From a virus: a stretch of 64,000 bases of DNA. The notes under the pieces were generated by a model. The model saw nothing but the letters and a program-made list of their open reading frames with translations, made no database searches and was not told where the DNA came from. Below are positions 1 through 10,000 of the stretch, in pieces. Where the stretch lies: the IMG/VR virus record IMGVR_UViG_3300046703_000100, positions 1 through 64,000 of that record, one strand, 5' to 3'. Both the position numbers and the translations under genes were made by a program. Numbering within the stretch: the first letter of the stretch is position 1; each line of letters begins with the position of its first letter.

Positions 1-289
1 CAGAAAATTTTAAAAAAGCGACCAGAATATACAATTTTAAATATAGAATTAGAAAAATATACAATGGAACAATTAATAAAACATTATGAAGCGATATTGC
101 ACAAGCCGACATTAATATAAAGAGATATAAAATGGACAATATGCTAACGATACTTTGTGATATTTGTAAAAAAAGACCGTATATAACTACAATTGATTAT
201 AAAGGTAATTGGGTTGGTGTTTGTAAAATCTGTAAAAAAGAAATAGAAAAAAGAGAAAAACATTGTTGTATAAATAAAGGAGATTAAAA

Positions 290-646
290 ATGGAAAAATA
301 TATTTGTGATAAATGTGGAACAATTTATATAGAAAAATTTGAACATTGTTTAATTTGTCATGGACAACTTATATCAGAAGAACAAATGCAAGAAAAAGAA
401 GAAATAGCACGATTAACAGATGAAGAAAAAGGAGATGATAATATGACACCTAGAGAAGATAGTATTGACGAAGTTGTAGATTTAATTATTGTAGAAGCTA
501 TGCAGAAGAATATGAAAGAATTGGGTAATGCTAAACTTTATAAAAGTATAGAAGGAATTACAGAAGCGAAACAAAGAGTACGTTACCGCAAATATTTTTT
601 AATGGTTGGGGGTTATATTCCTATTACAGAAGAAATAATTAAATGA
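290..646 (+). CDS. Hypothetical early protein with N-terminal Zn ribbon
   Basis: SD AAGGAG upstream; CxxC...CxxC at the N-terminus. Confidence 0.6.
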   Translation: MEKYICDKCGTIYIEKFEHCLICHGQLISEEQMQEKEEIARLTDEEKGDDNMTPREDSIDEVVDLIIVEAMQKNMKELGNAKLYKSIEGITEAKQRVRYRKYFLMVGGYIPITEEIIK

Positions 647-655
647 AAAATAAAC

Positions 656-685
656 TTGACTTCGAGCATAGTATTGTGGTATACT
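656..685 (+). promoter_or_regulatory. Sigma70-type promoter P1
   Basis: TTGACT (656-661), 18 nt spacer, TATACT (680-685) preceded by TGG; intergenic. Confidence 0.75.
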
Positions 686-726
686 TGCTATATGAAGTTA
701 AGAAAAACTAAAAAGGAGATAAGCAT

Positions 727-1134
727 ATGTGTGAATTTATTAGTTGGATAGAATATGGTAATAAGAATTATTTTTTAACAAAAAACGATTTAAACACTAA
801 AGAAGGTAGAAAATTATTACAGCCTGATGTAATAGCAGATTTATGTGGTCATGGGACTATCAGAGTATATTATCCAGAATTAAAAGATTTAGGAATAAAT
901 AAAGAAAGTACAAATTTTTCTAATCCTAACAATTTTCCTGATGATATAATAAAAGCAATTAAAACAGGACAATTTGAAGGTATAGGAATTTGTTTAGATA
1001 TTCTTAATGATGAAGGTAAAAAGAAATACGAAGAAATAAAAGCACCAGCATGGAAGAAATACGAAGAAATAGAAGCACCAGCATTTTGGAAAATTGCAAC
1101 ACAAAAGAAATATAGAATAGCAATATGGAAATAA
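727..1134 (+). CDS. Hypothetical phage protein with 11-aa tandem repeat
   Basis: SD AAGGAG; KKYEEIKAPAW / KKYEEIEAPAF. Confidence 0.7.
   Translation: MCEFISWIEYGNKNYFLTKNDLNTKEGRKLLQPDVIADLCGHGTIRVYYPELKDLGINKESTNFSNPNNFPDDIIKAIKTGQFEGIGICLDILNDEGKKKYEEIKAPAWKKYEEIEAPAFWKIATQKKYRIAIWK
1021..1086 (+). repeat. 33 bp in-frame tandem repeat, 2 copies
   Basis: aagaaatacgaagaaataaaagcaccagcatgg / aagaaatacgaagaaatagaagcaccagcattt. Confidence 0.9.
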
Positions 1135-1148
1135 AAAAAGAGGACAAT

Positions 1149-2355
1149 ATGCTAAGGTGTGCTTGCATTTCTAAAAACGGTACAACTTACTCTATTAATG
1201 GGAATAGAGAGGAAATAGACCTATTTTTGCTTGAAATTGAAGGCAATGAAGGCATAAAGGTATACCGGATACTTGATAAAGATACCGGACAAGTTATCGA
1301 AACACAAGACGGAGTGAAAAATAAGGAGAATTAAATGAAAATTTTAGGATTGATAATTTTAATAATTGGATTAATAATAGGCATTTTGACATGGTATCAC
1401 GTATCACAAATGCCAAAAATCAGTACCGTAAATTTTGAAGGAGTAACAATAAGTATTAAAATACCTTCAATAATTTCGCCGAATACCTTCAACGATATAA
1501 CTTGTACAACACGATTGACAGAATAAAGGAGATAATCAATGAACAAAAAACAATGGTATGAATTGTTTTCGTATAGCAAAGAAGAAGGAACACGCACAAT
1601 AGCGACTTTTGATACTTATTTAGAAGCATTACAGGAAAAAATAAGATTAGACGAATTAAAGACCGGACAGATTTTGAATATTGATAAATGGGAAGATACC
1701 GATAATCCTCACAATATAATGTAAGGAGATAGAAGATGTTTAATCATAGACCATATTGTAGAAAAGAAGGTAGATGTATTAAATGCGGTAGATATATTTG
1801 TGAAGGTTGCAACGCTATTGACGAAACAGGACATTACGGTATTTGTATTGCTTGTAATGCAAAAGAAATGAAATTTAGAAGCGACGTTAAATTACCATTT
1901 CGTCCTATTATAAAACCGAAAAATATAGAAAGATATACAAATACTTGTAATGATAGGTTTGACGGATATACAGAAGAACTAATATAAAGGAGAAAAAGAT
2001 ATGAGAACAAAAACTATTACGGCATTGGCTTATAAAATGAGATACGCCGAGAACTATTATTTAGATAGCGGAACGGATTATAAAAAAGATAAAGTTATAA
2101 AGGAATTAAGAAGATTAAAGCCGTCAGAAAAAGAATATGATTTGTTTAATTCGCTTTGCAACAGTATGGGGTGCTAACATGAACGATATAAAATATCCGA
2201 CAACATTAACAAAGATACAAAGGAAGATACAAAAATCAAAATGTCCGGCTTGTGGAGAGGGCAGATTACATAGAGTAGACGGAGAAAATGAAATAATGTT
2301 ATGGTGTAATTTATGCGATTGTGCAGTTGATAGCGACGGTGGATATACTGCTTAA
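1149..2355 (+). other. Run of small (about 45-85 aa) early ORFs, several Cys-rich or with one TM helix
   Basis: Tightly packed ORFs, most preceded by AGGAG/GAGG; no recognisable families. Confidence 0.6.
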
Positions 2356-2451
2356 AAAGAGGACAGTATGAATAAAATTTTAATTTTATATTATGGTTTA
2401 ATGACATTAATCGTCGGTACATTGTCGTATATGTTTTATTTATTGAAGAAC

Positions 2452-2480
2452 TTGACCTCGAATAAAAAATAGTGTATACT
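2452..2480 (+). promoter_or_regulatory. Sigma70-type promoter P2
   Basis: TTGACC, 17 nt, TATACT. Confidence 0.75.
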
Positions 2481-2486
2481 TATTAT

Positions 2487-2569
2487 TAAGAAGGCGAGGA
2501 AGGGTAGATTAGTCAACTACCGCAAAATTTGGATAAGGTGGACTATAAAACACTCCCCAAAACTTCTTA
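2487..2569 (+). ncRNA. Candidate structured leader RNA or sRNA (multi-stem, possible kissing loops)
   Basis: Begins at the predicted P2 +1; stems TAAGAAG/CTTCTTA, GGTAG/CTACC, TTTGG/CCAAA plus GTG/CAC; loops TAGTC and GACTA are complementary. Confidence 0.4.
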
Positions 2570-2590
2570 TTATAAAAAGGAAAAGAAAAT

Positions 2591-3166
2591 ATGAGAGAAC
2601 ATTATAATTCAGCATATTGGATAATTTTTGAAACAATTATTTTAATAATAATGTGGACATATTTATCTACATTATCTTTCGCAGAAGAAACAAAACATAT
2701 CTATATAAATATGGATAAAACATATGAACAATGCGAAAACGAAGCATTTAAAAATATTTATCAAATAATAAACTCAATAGGAGAAAATAAAAACAATACA
2801 ATGCCCGAACAACTTTGCGATGATATAGAAAGTCATATACAATATAAAGATAATATAGATGTATATGGAAGCGATAGATATGCTTCTGTTGATGAAATTA
2901 TTAATAAAAGAGCCGGAGATTGCAAAGTGTTTGGAGTATTAACTTATGACAGTTTAAAAAAAGCAGGATATGAAACTCATTTAGTAGCATTATATAATAG
3001 ACACAGTGGACATATTATAGTTATTTTTAAAGAAAAAGATTATTGGAAAGCAATATCGAATGGAAATTTGTTAGATTATAAATGTAAAAATTATAGAGAT
3101 TTATTTAAAATTTTTATAGGATATTCTGACTATAAATTTATTAATGAAAAAGGATATGGAGAATAA
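2591..3166 (+). CDS. Transglutaminase-like cysteine peptidase with signal/TM segment
   Basis: N-terminal hydrophobic helix; GDC motif (RAGDCK), GHIIV, downstream W..ISN. Confidence 0.7.
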   Translation: MREHYNSAYWIIFETIILIIMWTYLSTLSFAEETKHIYINMDKTYEQCENEAFKNIYQIINSIGENKNNTMPEQLCDDIESHIQYKDNIDVYGSDRYASVDEIINKRAGDCKVFGVLTYDSLKKAGYETHLVALYNRHSGHIIVIFKEKDYWKAISNGNLLDYKCKNYRDLFKIFIGYSDYKFINEKGYGE

Positions 3167-3304
3167 TTTTATGGACAAAAAAATTTATTTATCGATTATA
3201 GATATTGTTCATTTAGGAAATTTTATAGAAACTTCCGAATGGCATGAAGCATTAAAATTAATTAGAGAAAAACTACCTCTTGACCGAAGAATTGCGAGGG
3301 AAGA

Positions 3305-4426
3305 ATGATAATTATATTTCTTACAATAGGTATATTTGCTATATATCTTTATAAACAACAAGAAAAAAGACAAGCACAAAAACAAATAAGAATAGAAGTA
3401 TCTTCTTTAGTAGGCGAAGATGCTATTGTTCCGATGGAAAATGTTAATCCTATTATTGATGTAAAAATTAAAGACGGACAAGTAGATACAAGCAAAATAA
3501 TACCATATACAGGAACAGAAGTCAAATGCTTTCAATGGCAACCACAATCATTTTCGCAATATATAGGACAGGAGGAGGCGAAAGAACAAGCAAAAACTAT
3601 AATAAAGAAAATTAATAGAGGAATAAAATGTCATGTATTACTTTCTGCAATACAAGGGCATGGGAAAAGTTTATTTGTTAAATTACTTGCAAGAGATTTA
3701 AATGCTCACTATATAGAAAGAGTAGGGAAAACATTAGACTATGACACAATCATAGATGTCATAAATGAAATTAATACTTGTGTAGAACAGAAAGTTATTT
3801 TTTTCCTCGACGAGACGGACACCGCAGACATGAAAATTTTAAAAATAATGAATCCTATTTTACAAGATTTTAAATTAAATAATATAAAAATTAAACCATT
3901 TTGTTTTTGTGGGGCGACAATTAATAAAGATATTTTAATATCTAAAGTACCAGATTTTCTTGATAGAATACAGACACAAATTCAGTTACATCGTTATAAC
4001 GATGAAGAAATAAAAATAATCTTAAAACAATATGTTTCTCATTTATATCCCGAAGAAAAAATATCAGAAAATATTTATGATTTAATAGCAAAATCATGTA
4101 AATATAATCCAAGATTAAGTATTGGTATTACAGAAGATTATATAGTTAATCAAAATTTAATCAAAACATTTAGAGATAGACAAATTATAAAAGACGGATT
4201 AACAGATATTGATATTAAGATATTATCAGTATTATCTCTCGCCTCAAAACCGCTTGGTGCTAATGCTCTTTCACAAAAAATAGGGATTTCTCAAAATATT
4301 TATACGAGACAATACGAACCTTATTTAAGTGAATTTAATTACTTAGAAAGATGTCCTTCTCGTAAAATAACTAATAAAGGTCGAGAACTTTTAAGGAGTT
4401 TAGAAAATGAAAATTTATTATTGTAA
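3305..4426 (+). CDS. ruvB: RuvB-like AAA+ ATPase with N-terminal TM anchor
   Basis: P.SFSQYIGQE, Walker A QGHGKS, Walker B FFLDE, GAT, LDR, NPR, C-terminal GLTDID...YEPYL winged helix; residues 1-16 hydrophobic. Confidence 0.8.
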   Translation: MIIIFLTIGIFAIYLYKQQEKRQAQKQIRIEVSSLVGEDAIVPMENVNPIIDVKIKDGQVDTSKIIPYTGTEVKCFQWQPQSFSQYIGQEEAKEQAKTIIKKINRGIKCHVLLSAIQGHGKSLFVKLLARDLNAHYIERVGKTLDYDTIIDVINEINTCVEQKVIFFLDETDTADMKILKIMNPILQDFKLNNIKIKPFCFCGATINKDILISKVPDFLDRIQTQIQLHRYNDEEIKIILKQYVSHLYPEEKISENIYDLIAKSCKYNPRLSIGITEDYIVNQNLIKTFRDRQIIKDGLTDIDIKILSVLSLASKPLGANALSQKIGISQNIYTRQYEPYLSEFNYLERCPSRKITNKGRELLRSLENENLLL

Positions 4427-5120
4427 AGACTGTTATAAAAAATTAAACGGACATATTGCTAAAAGATGTCGAAAATGTTATATACAATATAAAAATAAAA
4501 TTAATAAAAAAAGTTGTATTACTTTACAGATTTATCTATGTAAAGATTGTAAAATAAATAAAATTACTTATTTTACTGCAATAAAAGGAGAAGGTAGATG
4601 TCGTAAATGTGCTTCTATTATAAGAGGTAAAAAATATAGCGGTAGAAATCATAAATCTTGGAAAGGTGGAATTAAAAGACTTCCTTTATGTGAAATTTGT
4701 GGGAAAAGATTAAGTAAAATACAATGTAAAAGATGTAAACAATGTATGAATTTTGGACGAAAATTAACAAAACAAACAAAAGAAAAAATTAGAAAATCGG
4801 TACTAAATAATCCTCGAAAATCTAAAATTGAAATTAATAAACTTTTAAAAAGTGTTGATTTTTTATGTCATAGTATTTATAAGAAATTTAGAAATTATAT
4901 AAGAATGAAATATAAAAATACTTGTCAAATATGTAATAGAAAAAATGGTAGAAACATTGTTCATCATCTTAAAGAGAGAAGAAATTTTCCAGAATTATGT
5001 ATGAAAGAAAGTAATGTAATTCTATTATGTATAAATTGTCATACTACAATACATAATATTACTGATAAAGGAATAAGAATAATAACCGAACTAAGAAAAC
5101 AAATAAAGGAGAAAAAATAA
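4407..5120 (+). CDS. HNH endonuclease with multiple CxxC repeats
   Basis: CQIC...VHHLK...NVILLCINCH; WKGG motif. Confidence 0.8.
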   Translation: MKIYYCKDCYKKLNGHIAKRCRKCYIQYKNKINKKSCITLQIYLCKDCKINKITYFTAIKGEGRCRKCASIIRGKKYSGRNHKSWKGGIKRLPLCEICGKRLSKIQCKRCKQCMNFGRKLTKQTKEKIRKSVLNNPRKSKIEINKLLKSVDFLCHSIYKKFRNYIRMKYKNTCQICNRKNGRNIVHHLKERRNFPELCMKESNVILLCINCHTTIHNITDKGIRIITELRKQIKEKK

Positions 5121-5273
5121 TGAATAAAAACATTAATAAAATGCTTGAACAAGAAGTTAGAGATTTATATGTAAAAAAGATGATGAATTATGCTGATAAA
5201 TTAATTGAGAAAAATGATATAAAAGGATTGAAGAAATTACTTAAAATGCTTGAAAAATAAAGGAGAAAGTTTT

Positions 5274-5663
5274 ATGAAAACAAAAAAATTTAATTATCGA
5301 GAGTATGTTGATTATTTAGAGAATGATATTAATATTAATACAATGCAACAATATATTAATAGTAAAAAACGTCTTAATCATCATTTAACTTCAGAACAAC
5401 GAAAAGAACTACAAGAGAATATTTTACCTCATTTTATTATTCAAATGAGAAAAGAAATAGATAAAGATATAAAATATTGGTATAACGCACCTATTTTTAG
5501 ATTATCCTATATACATTGTTTAAATATGAAAAAACCTTTAATAGATATATTCAAAGTCGCTAGCGAAATTTGTAATAGACTAACAGAAGATAATAATATG
5601 ATTGCTATAAAAAGAAGATTCAAAGAATATTACGACAGAATGGTAAACATAGAACTTATATAA
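5274..5663 (+). CDS. Hypothetical protein
   Basis: SD AAGGAG before ATG 5274. Confidence 0.55.
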   Translation: MKTKKFNYREYVDYLENDININTMQQYINSKKRLNHHLTSEQRKELQENILPHFIIQMRKEIDKDIKYWYNAPIFRLSYIHCLNMKKPLIDIFKVASEICNRLTEDNNMIAIKRRFKEYYDRMVNIELI

Positions 5664-5838
5664 AAGAGATAAAGATGAAAAAAAATGAAACTGCATATTG
5701 TTCTATTCATGGGTCATTTTATTCTGGTTTTCCTAAATGTCCTTTTTGTAAAGAATTAAAAGACGCTTTAAAAGACGATTGCTCTTGGTGTTCTTATCGT
5801 ATTATAGAAAAAGAATGTCCGAATTGTGGAAGGAAACC

Positions 5839-6651
5839 ATGAACGAAAAATTTAAGGATTATTTATTATTGAACGGTAGTGCTTTTTTAACGGCTCGTAA
5901 TTATATCAGTCGTATAGAACGAGTGTTATCAAAAGTTAAAGAAGAAAATTTTTCTGAAGAAACACTTACAAATTTTTTACGAGAACTTCAAAAGGAAAAT
6001 TCTATATCTACATTTAACGGATATTTAAATGCTTTAACGGCTTATTTAAAATTTATTAAAAAAGAAATCCCGTTACCGAAATATTTAAAAGATATAAAGA
6101 CATTACCAAAAAGTATTGACGAAAATCAACTAGAAAAATTCATAGATATTTTAGGACAAGTATTACATACAGACTTTTTAAAAATGAAAGCTGTTTTTTA
6201 TCTTTTCTTCTATTCTGGCATAAGAGTTAGCGAAATAAATATATTAAAACGATTTGATTTTGACTTTAATAAATTAGAAGTTAAAATATTAGTATCGAAA
6301 ACAAGAGAAGAACGTATTGCAGTATTTAATATAAAAACAAAGAACGCAATACAAGACTATTTTAATAGCGAAGAAGAACAAGATAATGCCTTTAATATTA
6401 ATTCAAATGCTATACAACAACGATTAAAAGGATTTAAACAATATCTACCAGAATTAGACATTCATGCTCATATATTCCGGCACAGTTTTGCTCGTTATTG
6501 TTTGGAAGTATTGGGATTGGATATATTAACGGTTAGTAAACTTATGGGTCATTCAAATATCGCTACAACTGAAAGATATTTAAGATTAACAAATACTCAA
6601 TTTAGAGATATTTATCATAAAAAAGCAGATAATAAAGGAGAAACAAAATGA
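5839..6651 (+). CDS. Tyrosine recombinase/integrase (XerC/D-like)
   Basis: SGIRVSE, K, HIFRH, GHSNIATTERY catalytic motifs; start moved to ATG after AGGA. Confidence 0.9.
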   Translation: MNEKFKDYLLLNGSAFLTARNYISRIERVLSKVKEENFSEETLTNFLRELQKENSISTFNGYLNALTAYLKFIKKEIPLPKYLKDIKTLPKSIDENQLEKFIDILGQVLHTDFLKMKAVFYLFFYSGIRVSEINILKRFDFDFNKLEVKILVSKTREERIAVFNIKTKNAIQDYFNSEEEQDNAFNINSNAIQQRLKGFKQYLPELDIHAHIFRHSFARYCLEVLGLDILTVSKLMGHSNIATTERYLRLTNTQFRDIYHKKADNKGETK

Positions 6652-6951
6652 ACAGATATAGACGTGTTACAGACCATTTAACGAGGGATTTAATGGGAAT
6701 TATAATGGGTATGTTAAGTATTTTTACATTAATCTATGCTATATTAACAAGGAGATTATAAACATGAATAAAAGAGTATTAAAGATTAATAAAAAGAAAA
6801 TAAAAATACGTAAAATTTGGATAAGAAATCCGAATACACAAATTGTTCCGAATAAGAAAAAAGAGATAGAAGAAGATATATATTACGATAGAGATGAGGA
6901 AAGTTTGGAAGAATTTGAACGAGGTTTTCACGATTAATAAGGAGATATATT

Positions 6952-7293
6952 ATGAATTGTCCACTTGAAATTACCGAAAAATTTTCTGATTGGTCGAACA
7001 CTTGCCAAGAATGTAGACGTTATCAAGAATGTATGAATCAATCTTATGAAAACGTATCAGAAGATAAAGAAGTTTCTGGTGATAATTTTCCGACATATCA
7101 TATTATCGATGTACGTAAAATGATAAAAAAAGATAGAACAGAAATGATAGAGAAATTATTAATTGAAAATCTTGGGAAGATAACACAGGACGATGTAGAT
7201 GATATAGAAATTGATATAGGAATATATAATCAAAAATGTAGGAAAGAAAAAATAAAAAGACAATATAAAAAGAAAGTTAAACAAGATGAATAA
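6952..7293 (+). CDS. Hypothetical protein, Cys-rich N-terminus
   Basis: SD AAGGAG; C..CQEC...C. Confidence 0.55.
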   Translation: MNCPLEITEKFSDWSNTCQECRRYQECMNQSYENVSEDKEVSGDNFPTYHIIDVRKMIKKDRTEMIEKLLIENLGKITQDDVDDIEIDIGIYNQKCRKEKIKRQYKKKVKQDE

Positions 7294-7690
7294 AAAACAA
7301 TTATCGAAAATGAAAACAATTTTATTAGAATTAGCCGAAAATAATAAAGAAGGATTTCCTTTTTCAGCTTGTATCGAATATAAGAAACATTTTTATTTTG
7401 CTGTTAATCATGTTACATCGAAAAATGACCCAACAGCACATGCAGAAATAGAAGCTATCCGTTTGGCATGTAAAGAAGCAAAAGTACCAGAACTTCAAAA
7501 TGGTATAATATATTCTTCTGGCGACCCATGTCCGATGTGTTTAACCGCTTGTGCTTGGGCGGAAATTAAATTAATTTATTATGTCAACGATTATACGGTA
7601 GCTACCTCTAATAATTATTATTACGACAGACCTTCGAAAGAAGTTAATAAATTTTTAAATTTAAAACGAAATATAAGGGAAATAATATGA
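7286..7690 (+). CDS. Zn-dependent nucleoside/nucleobase deaminase (GuaD/TadA-like)
   Basis: PFSA, NDPTAHAEIEAIR, PCPMC motifs. Confidence 0.88.
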   Translation: MNKKQLSKMKTILLELAENNKEGFPFSACIEYKKHFYFAVNHVTSKNDPTAHAEIEAIRLACKEAKVPELQNGIIYSSGDPCPMCLTACAWAEIKLIYYVNDYTVATSNNYYYDRPSKEVNKFLNLKRNIREII

Positions 7691-7846
7691 AATACATATA
7701 TACTTTAGAAATTAATAGAAGATTAGGTAGCTCTAATTGGTATTTGGACAGAATATATACTACAAAACAAGGTGCTATTAAAAAAGGAAAAGCAATTATA
7801 AAAAAATTTCCGACAAGCGGATTTGCAATTAAAAAATGGAGACTAT

Positions 7847-8998
7847 ATGAATGAAATATTTATAAATAAAAAAGGATTCGCAACTTTTGTTGGAGTATTA
7901 ATTCCTTTTGGCTCATATTATGAAGATTCAAAAGTTAAAGGTATTGCTCATTTCATTGAACATATGACTTTTAAAGCAACAAAATATCGTACAAAAAAAC
8001 AGATAAACGAATCTATTGAAGGGGTTGGAGGCGATATTAATGCCTACACTTGCGAAGAACAGACTTTTTATCATGCTATTGTTGCTAATAAATATAAAGA
8101 TATGGCAATCGATGTTATCAAAGATATAGCTCTTAACCCCTCTTTTCCTGCTAAAGAAATAGATAAAGAACGTGAAGTGATTATACAAGAACTTAAAATG
8201 TATGAAGATAATCCTTCTGCTATTGTAGGAGAGTTATATAATAAGATTTATTATCCAAAAGAGAGTGGTTTTCATCTTCCGGTAATAGGAACTAAAGAAA
8301 CTTTACATAAAATAAATAGAAAAGTATTAAACGAATATCATAAAAACAATTATCAAAATCCCACATTAATTGTCATAGGGGATGTTAAAAGCAAAACAAA
8401 TAAAGAAGCGATAATAACAGAAACTACATTAAATACTATATATAAACAAAAAAAAGATGAATATTTAGAAAAAAGAAAAATAGAACAAGCTCATATGATT
8501 ATAGGGCATGATGTTTATTTATCGCAGTATTCGAAAATAGATACAATATTACTATTAAATTTAGTTAAATTACTTTTAAATGGTATGAGTGGCAGGTTAT
8601 TTGGTAAAATAAGAGAAGAAAATAACTTAGTTTATGGAATACATTTTAATTACACAGTTTGGTCAGGTGGTATGATTACATGGTACGTCAATTTAGGACT
8701 AGATAAATCAAAAATCTATAAAGCTCGTAAATTAATTGAACAAGAAATGACAAAAAATGTCTTAAAAAAAGAACTAAAAGAAACAATTATAAAAACGATA
8801 GGAACTAACGCTTTAGAAAGCGAAGATATAAATACTATATCCGAGTTAATTGTAGATTGTACACGTAAACAGATAGATTATAGCCCTTTATATCATGATT
8901 TCGAGAAGAATCTCCGTCGAGTAAGTGGAAATTTGAACGAATTTATAAAAGCGTTGAATTTTAAAGAAAATTTTATGTGTGGTATCGTTCCAAAATAA
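7847..8998 (+). CDS. M16 family (pitrilysin-like) zinc peptidase
   Basis: GIAHFIEHMTFK (HxxEH), INAYT, KEREVIIQE, SGRLFGKIREENNLVY. Confidence 0.9.
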   Translation: MNEIFINKKGFATFVGVLIPFGSYYEDSKVKGIAHFIEHMTFKATKYRTKKQINESIEGVGGDINAYTCEEQTFYHAIVANKYKDMAIDVIKDIALNPSFPAKEIDKEREVIIQELKMYEDNPSAIVGELYNKIYYPKESGFHLPVIGTKETLHKINRKVLNEYHKNNYQNPTLIVIGDVKSKTNKEAIITETTLNTIYKQKKDEYLEKRKIEQAHMIIGHDVYLSQYSKIDTILLLNLVKLLLNGMSGRLFGKIREENNLVYGIHFNYTVWSGGMITWYVNLGLDKSKIYKARKLIEQEMTKNVLKKELKETIIKTIGTNALESEDINTISELIVDCTRKQIDYSPLYHDFEKNLRRVSGNLNEFIKALNFKENFMCGIVPK

Positions 8999-9010
8999 AC
9001 TGTAAATTAC

Positions 9011-9039
9011 TTGACATCTTCAGGAAAATAGTGTATAAT
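9011..9039 (+). promoter_or_regulatory. Sigma70-type promoter P3 (perfect consensus)
   Basis: TTGACA, 17 nt, TATAAT. Confidence 0.85.
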
Positions 9040-9081
9040 TTAGTTATGAGAGAAAGAGACTTTAAAAAAAGGAGTAATGAC

Positions 9082-9738
9082 ATGAAATCAGGACAAGAAA
9101 CTTTTGATTGGTCGAAATTTTGGCAAGGCTGTTTAGGTTTGTTCAATCCGGTTTTGTGGGCAAAGGATTTAGTAAGCCTTTTTAATGTTCGAAAATTAAT
9201 TATATACATTATAATAATTGCAGGAGTTTTCTTCTATGCTTATTCAATTGGAAATCAGAATGTTCCGGTACAGATTTCGCTTGGATATGGCAAAGAAGCA
9301 ATAATAAATCTCGGTTCGGGAGAATTCTTATGGATACAAAAATCTGGTGAAGTTGCAGTAATCGACAATGCTAATCCAGAAAAAGCAAAAATACTTCGAA
9401 TAATAAAAGTAAAAGATTTAGGTGCATTAAAAGGAAAATTAAGTGCTATTGGGGTACAGTTTGTTCCTATTGCGGTTGTAGGATATGGACTTGGTATAGG
9501 AACAGACGGTGGTATCGAAGGCGGAATAGAAGGTGGTGCAGGTATATCGTTTTTCAGATATTGGCAGGGGTCGGTAGAAGCATTTTTAACACAAAAAGGT
9601 GTATATGTAGGTACTTCATATAGACTTGATAGAATAAAATTATCAAATACTTCCGTTGGTATTGCTGTAGGAAAAGGTTATCAAGATTTTACTAATAGTA
9701 ATTATAGGATAATGATATATGGAAGTATTCGTTTCTAA
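9082..9738 (+). CDS. Membrane protein: N-terminal TM helix and Gly-rich C-terminal beta strands ending in Phe
   Basis: SD AAGGAG before ATG 9082 (alternative in-frame ATG 9046); TM LIIYIIIIAGVFFYAY; ends YRIMIYGSIRF. Confidence 0.6.
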   Translation: MKSGQETFDWSKFWQGCLGLFNPVLWAKDLVSLFNVRKLIIYIIIIAGVFFYAYSIGNQNVPVQISLGYGKEAIINLGSGEFLWIQKSGEVAVIDNANPEKAKILRIIKVKDLGALKGKLSAIGVQFVPIAVVGYGLGIGTDGGIEGGIEGGAGISFFRYWQGSVEAFLTQKGVYVGTSYRLDRIKLSNTSVGIAVGKGYQDFTNSNYRIMIYGSIRF

Positions 9739-9754
9739 ATTTTAAGAGGATAAA

Positions 9755-10000
9755 ATGAAAGATAGTTTATTAATTATGAATATACATCGTCATTTGCTTC
9801 ATATTACAGCAAAATTAATTACTGTCTTGGAACATCATACAGAAAAACAAGAAAAAGATATATCTCCTGAACTTAAAATGAAATATAAAGATTTTCGCAC
9901 CCATGCTCACAATTTAATAGAAGAATTCAACAATTCGTTACATCATTTAATAAAAATAGATACAGAACTTAAAGAATTAGAAGATAAGGAGATAAAATAA
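9755..10000 (+). CDS. His-rich helical hypothetical protein
   Basis: SD GAGGA; HRHLLH, HH, HAH, HH clusters. Confidence 0.55.
   Translation: MKDSLLIMNIHRHLLHITAKLITVLEHHTEKQEKDISPELKMKYKDFRTHAHNLIEEFNNSLHHLIKIDTELKELEDKEIK

Noticed and set aside
2487-2569. Purine riboswitch assignment (contains CTACC and GACTA)
   Set aside because: The motifs are not in the purine aptamer positions and the conserved TATA and ATATGG elements are absent; kept only as an unknown structured RNA
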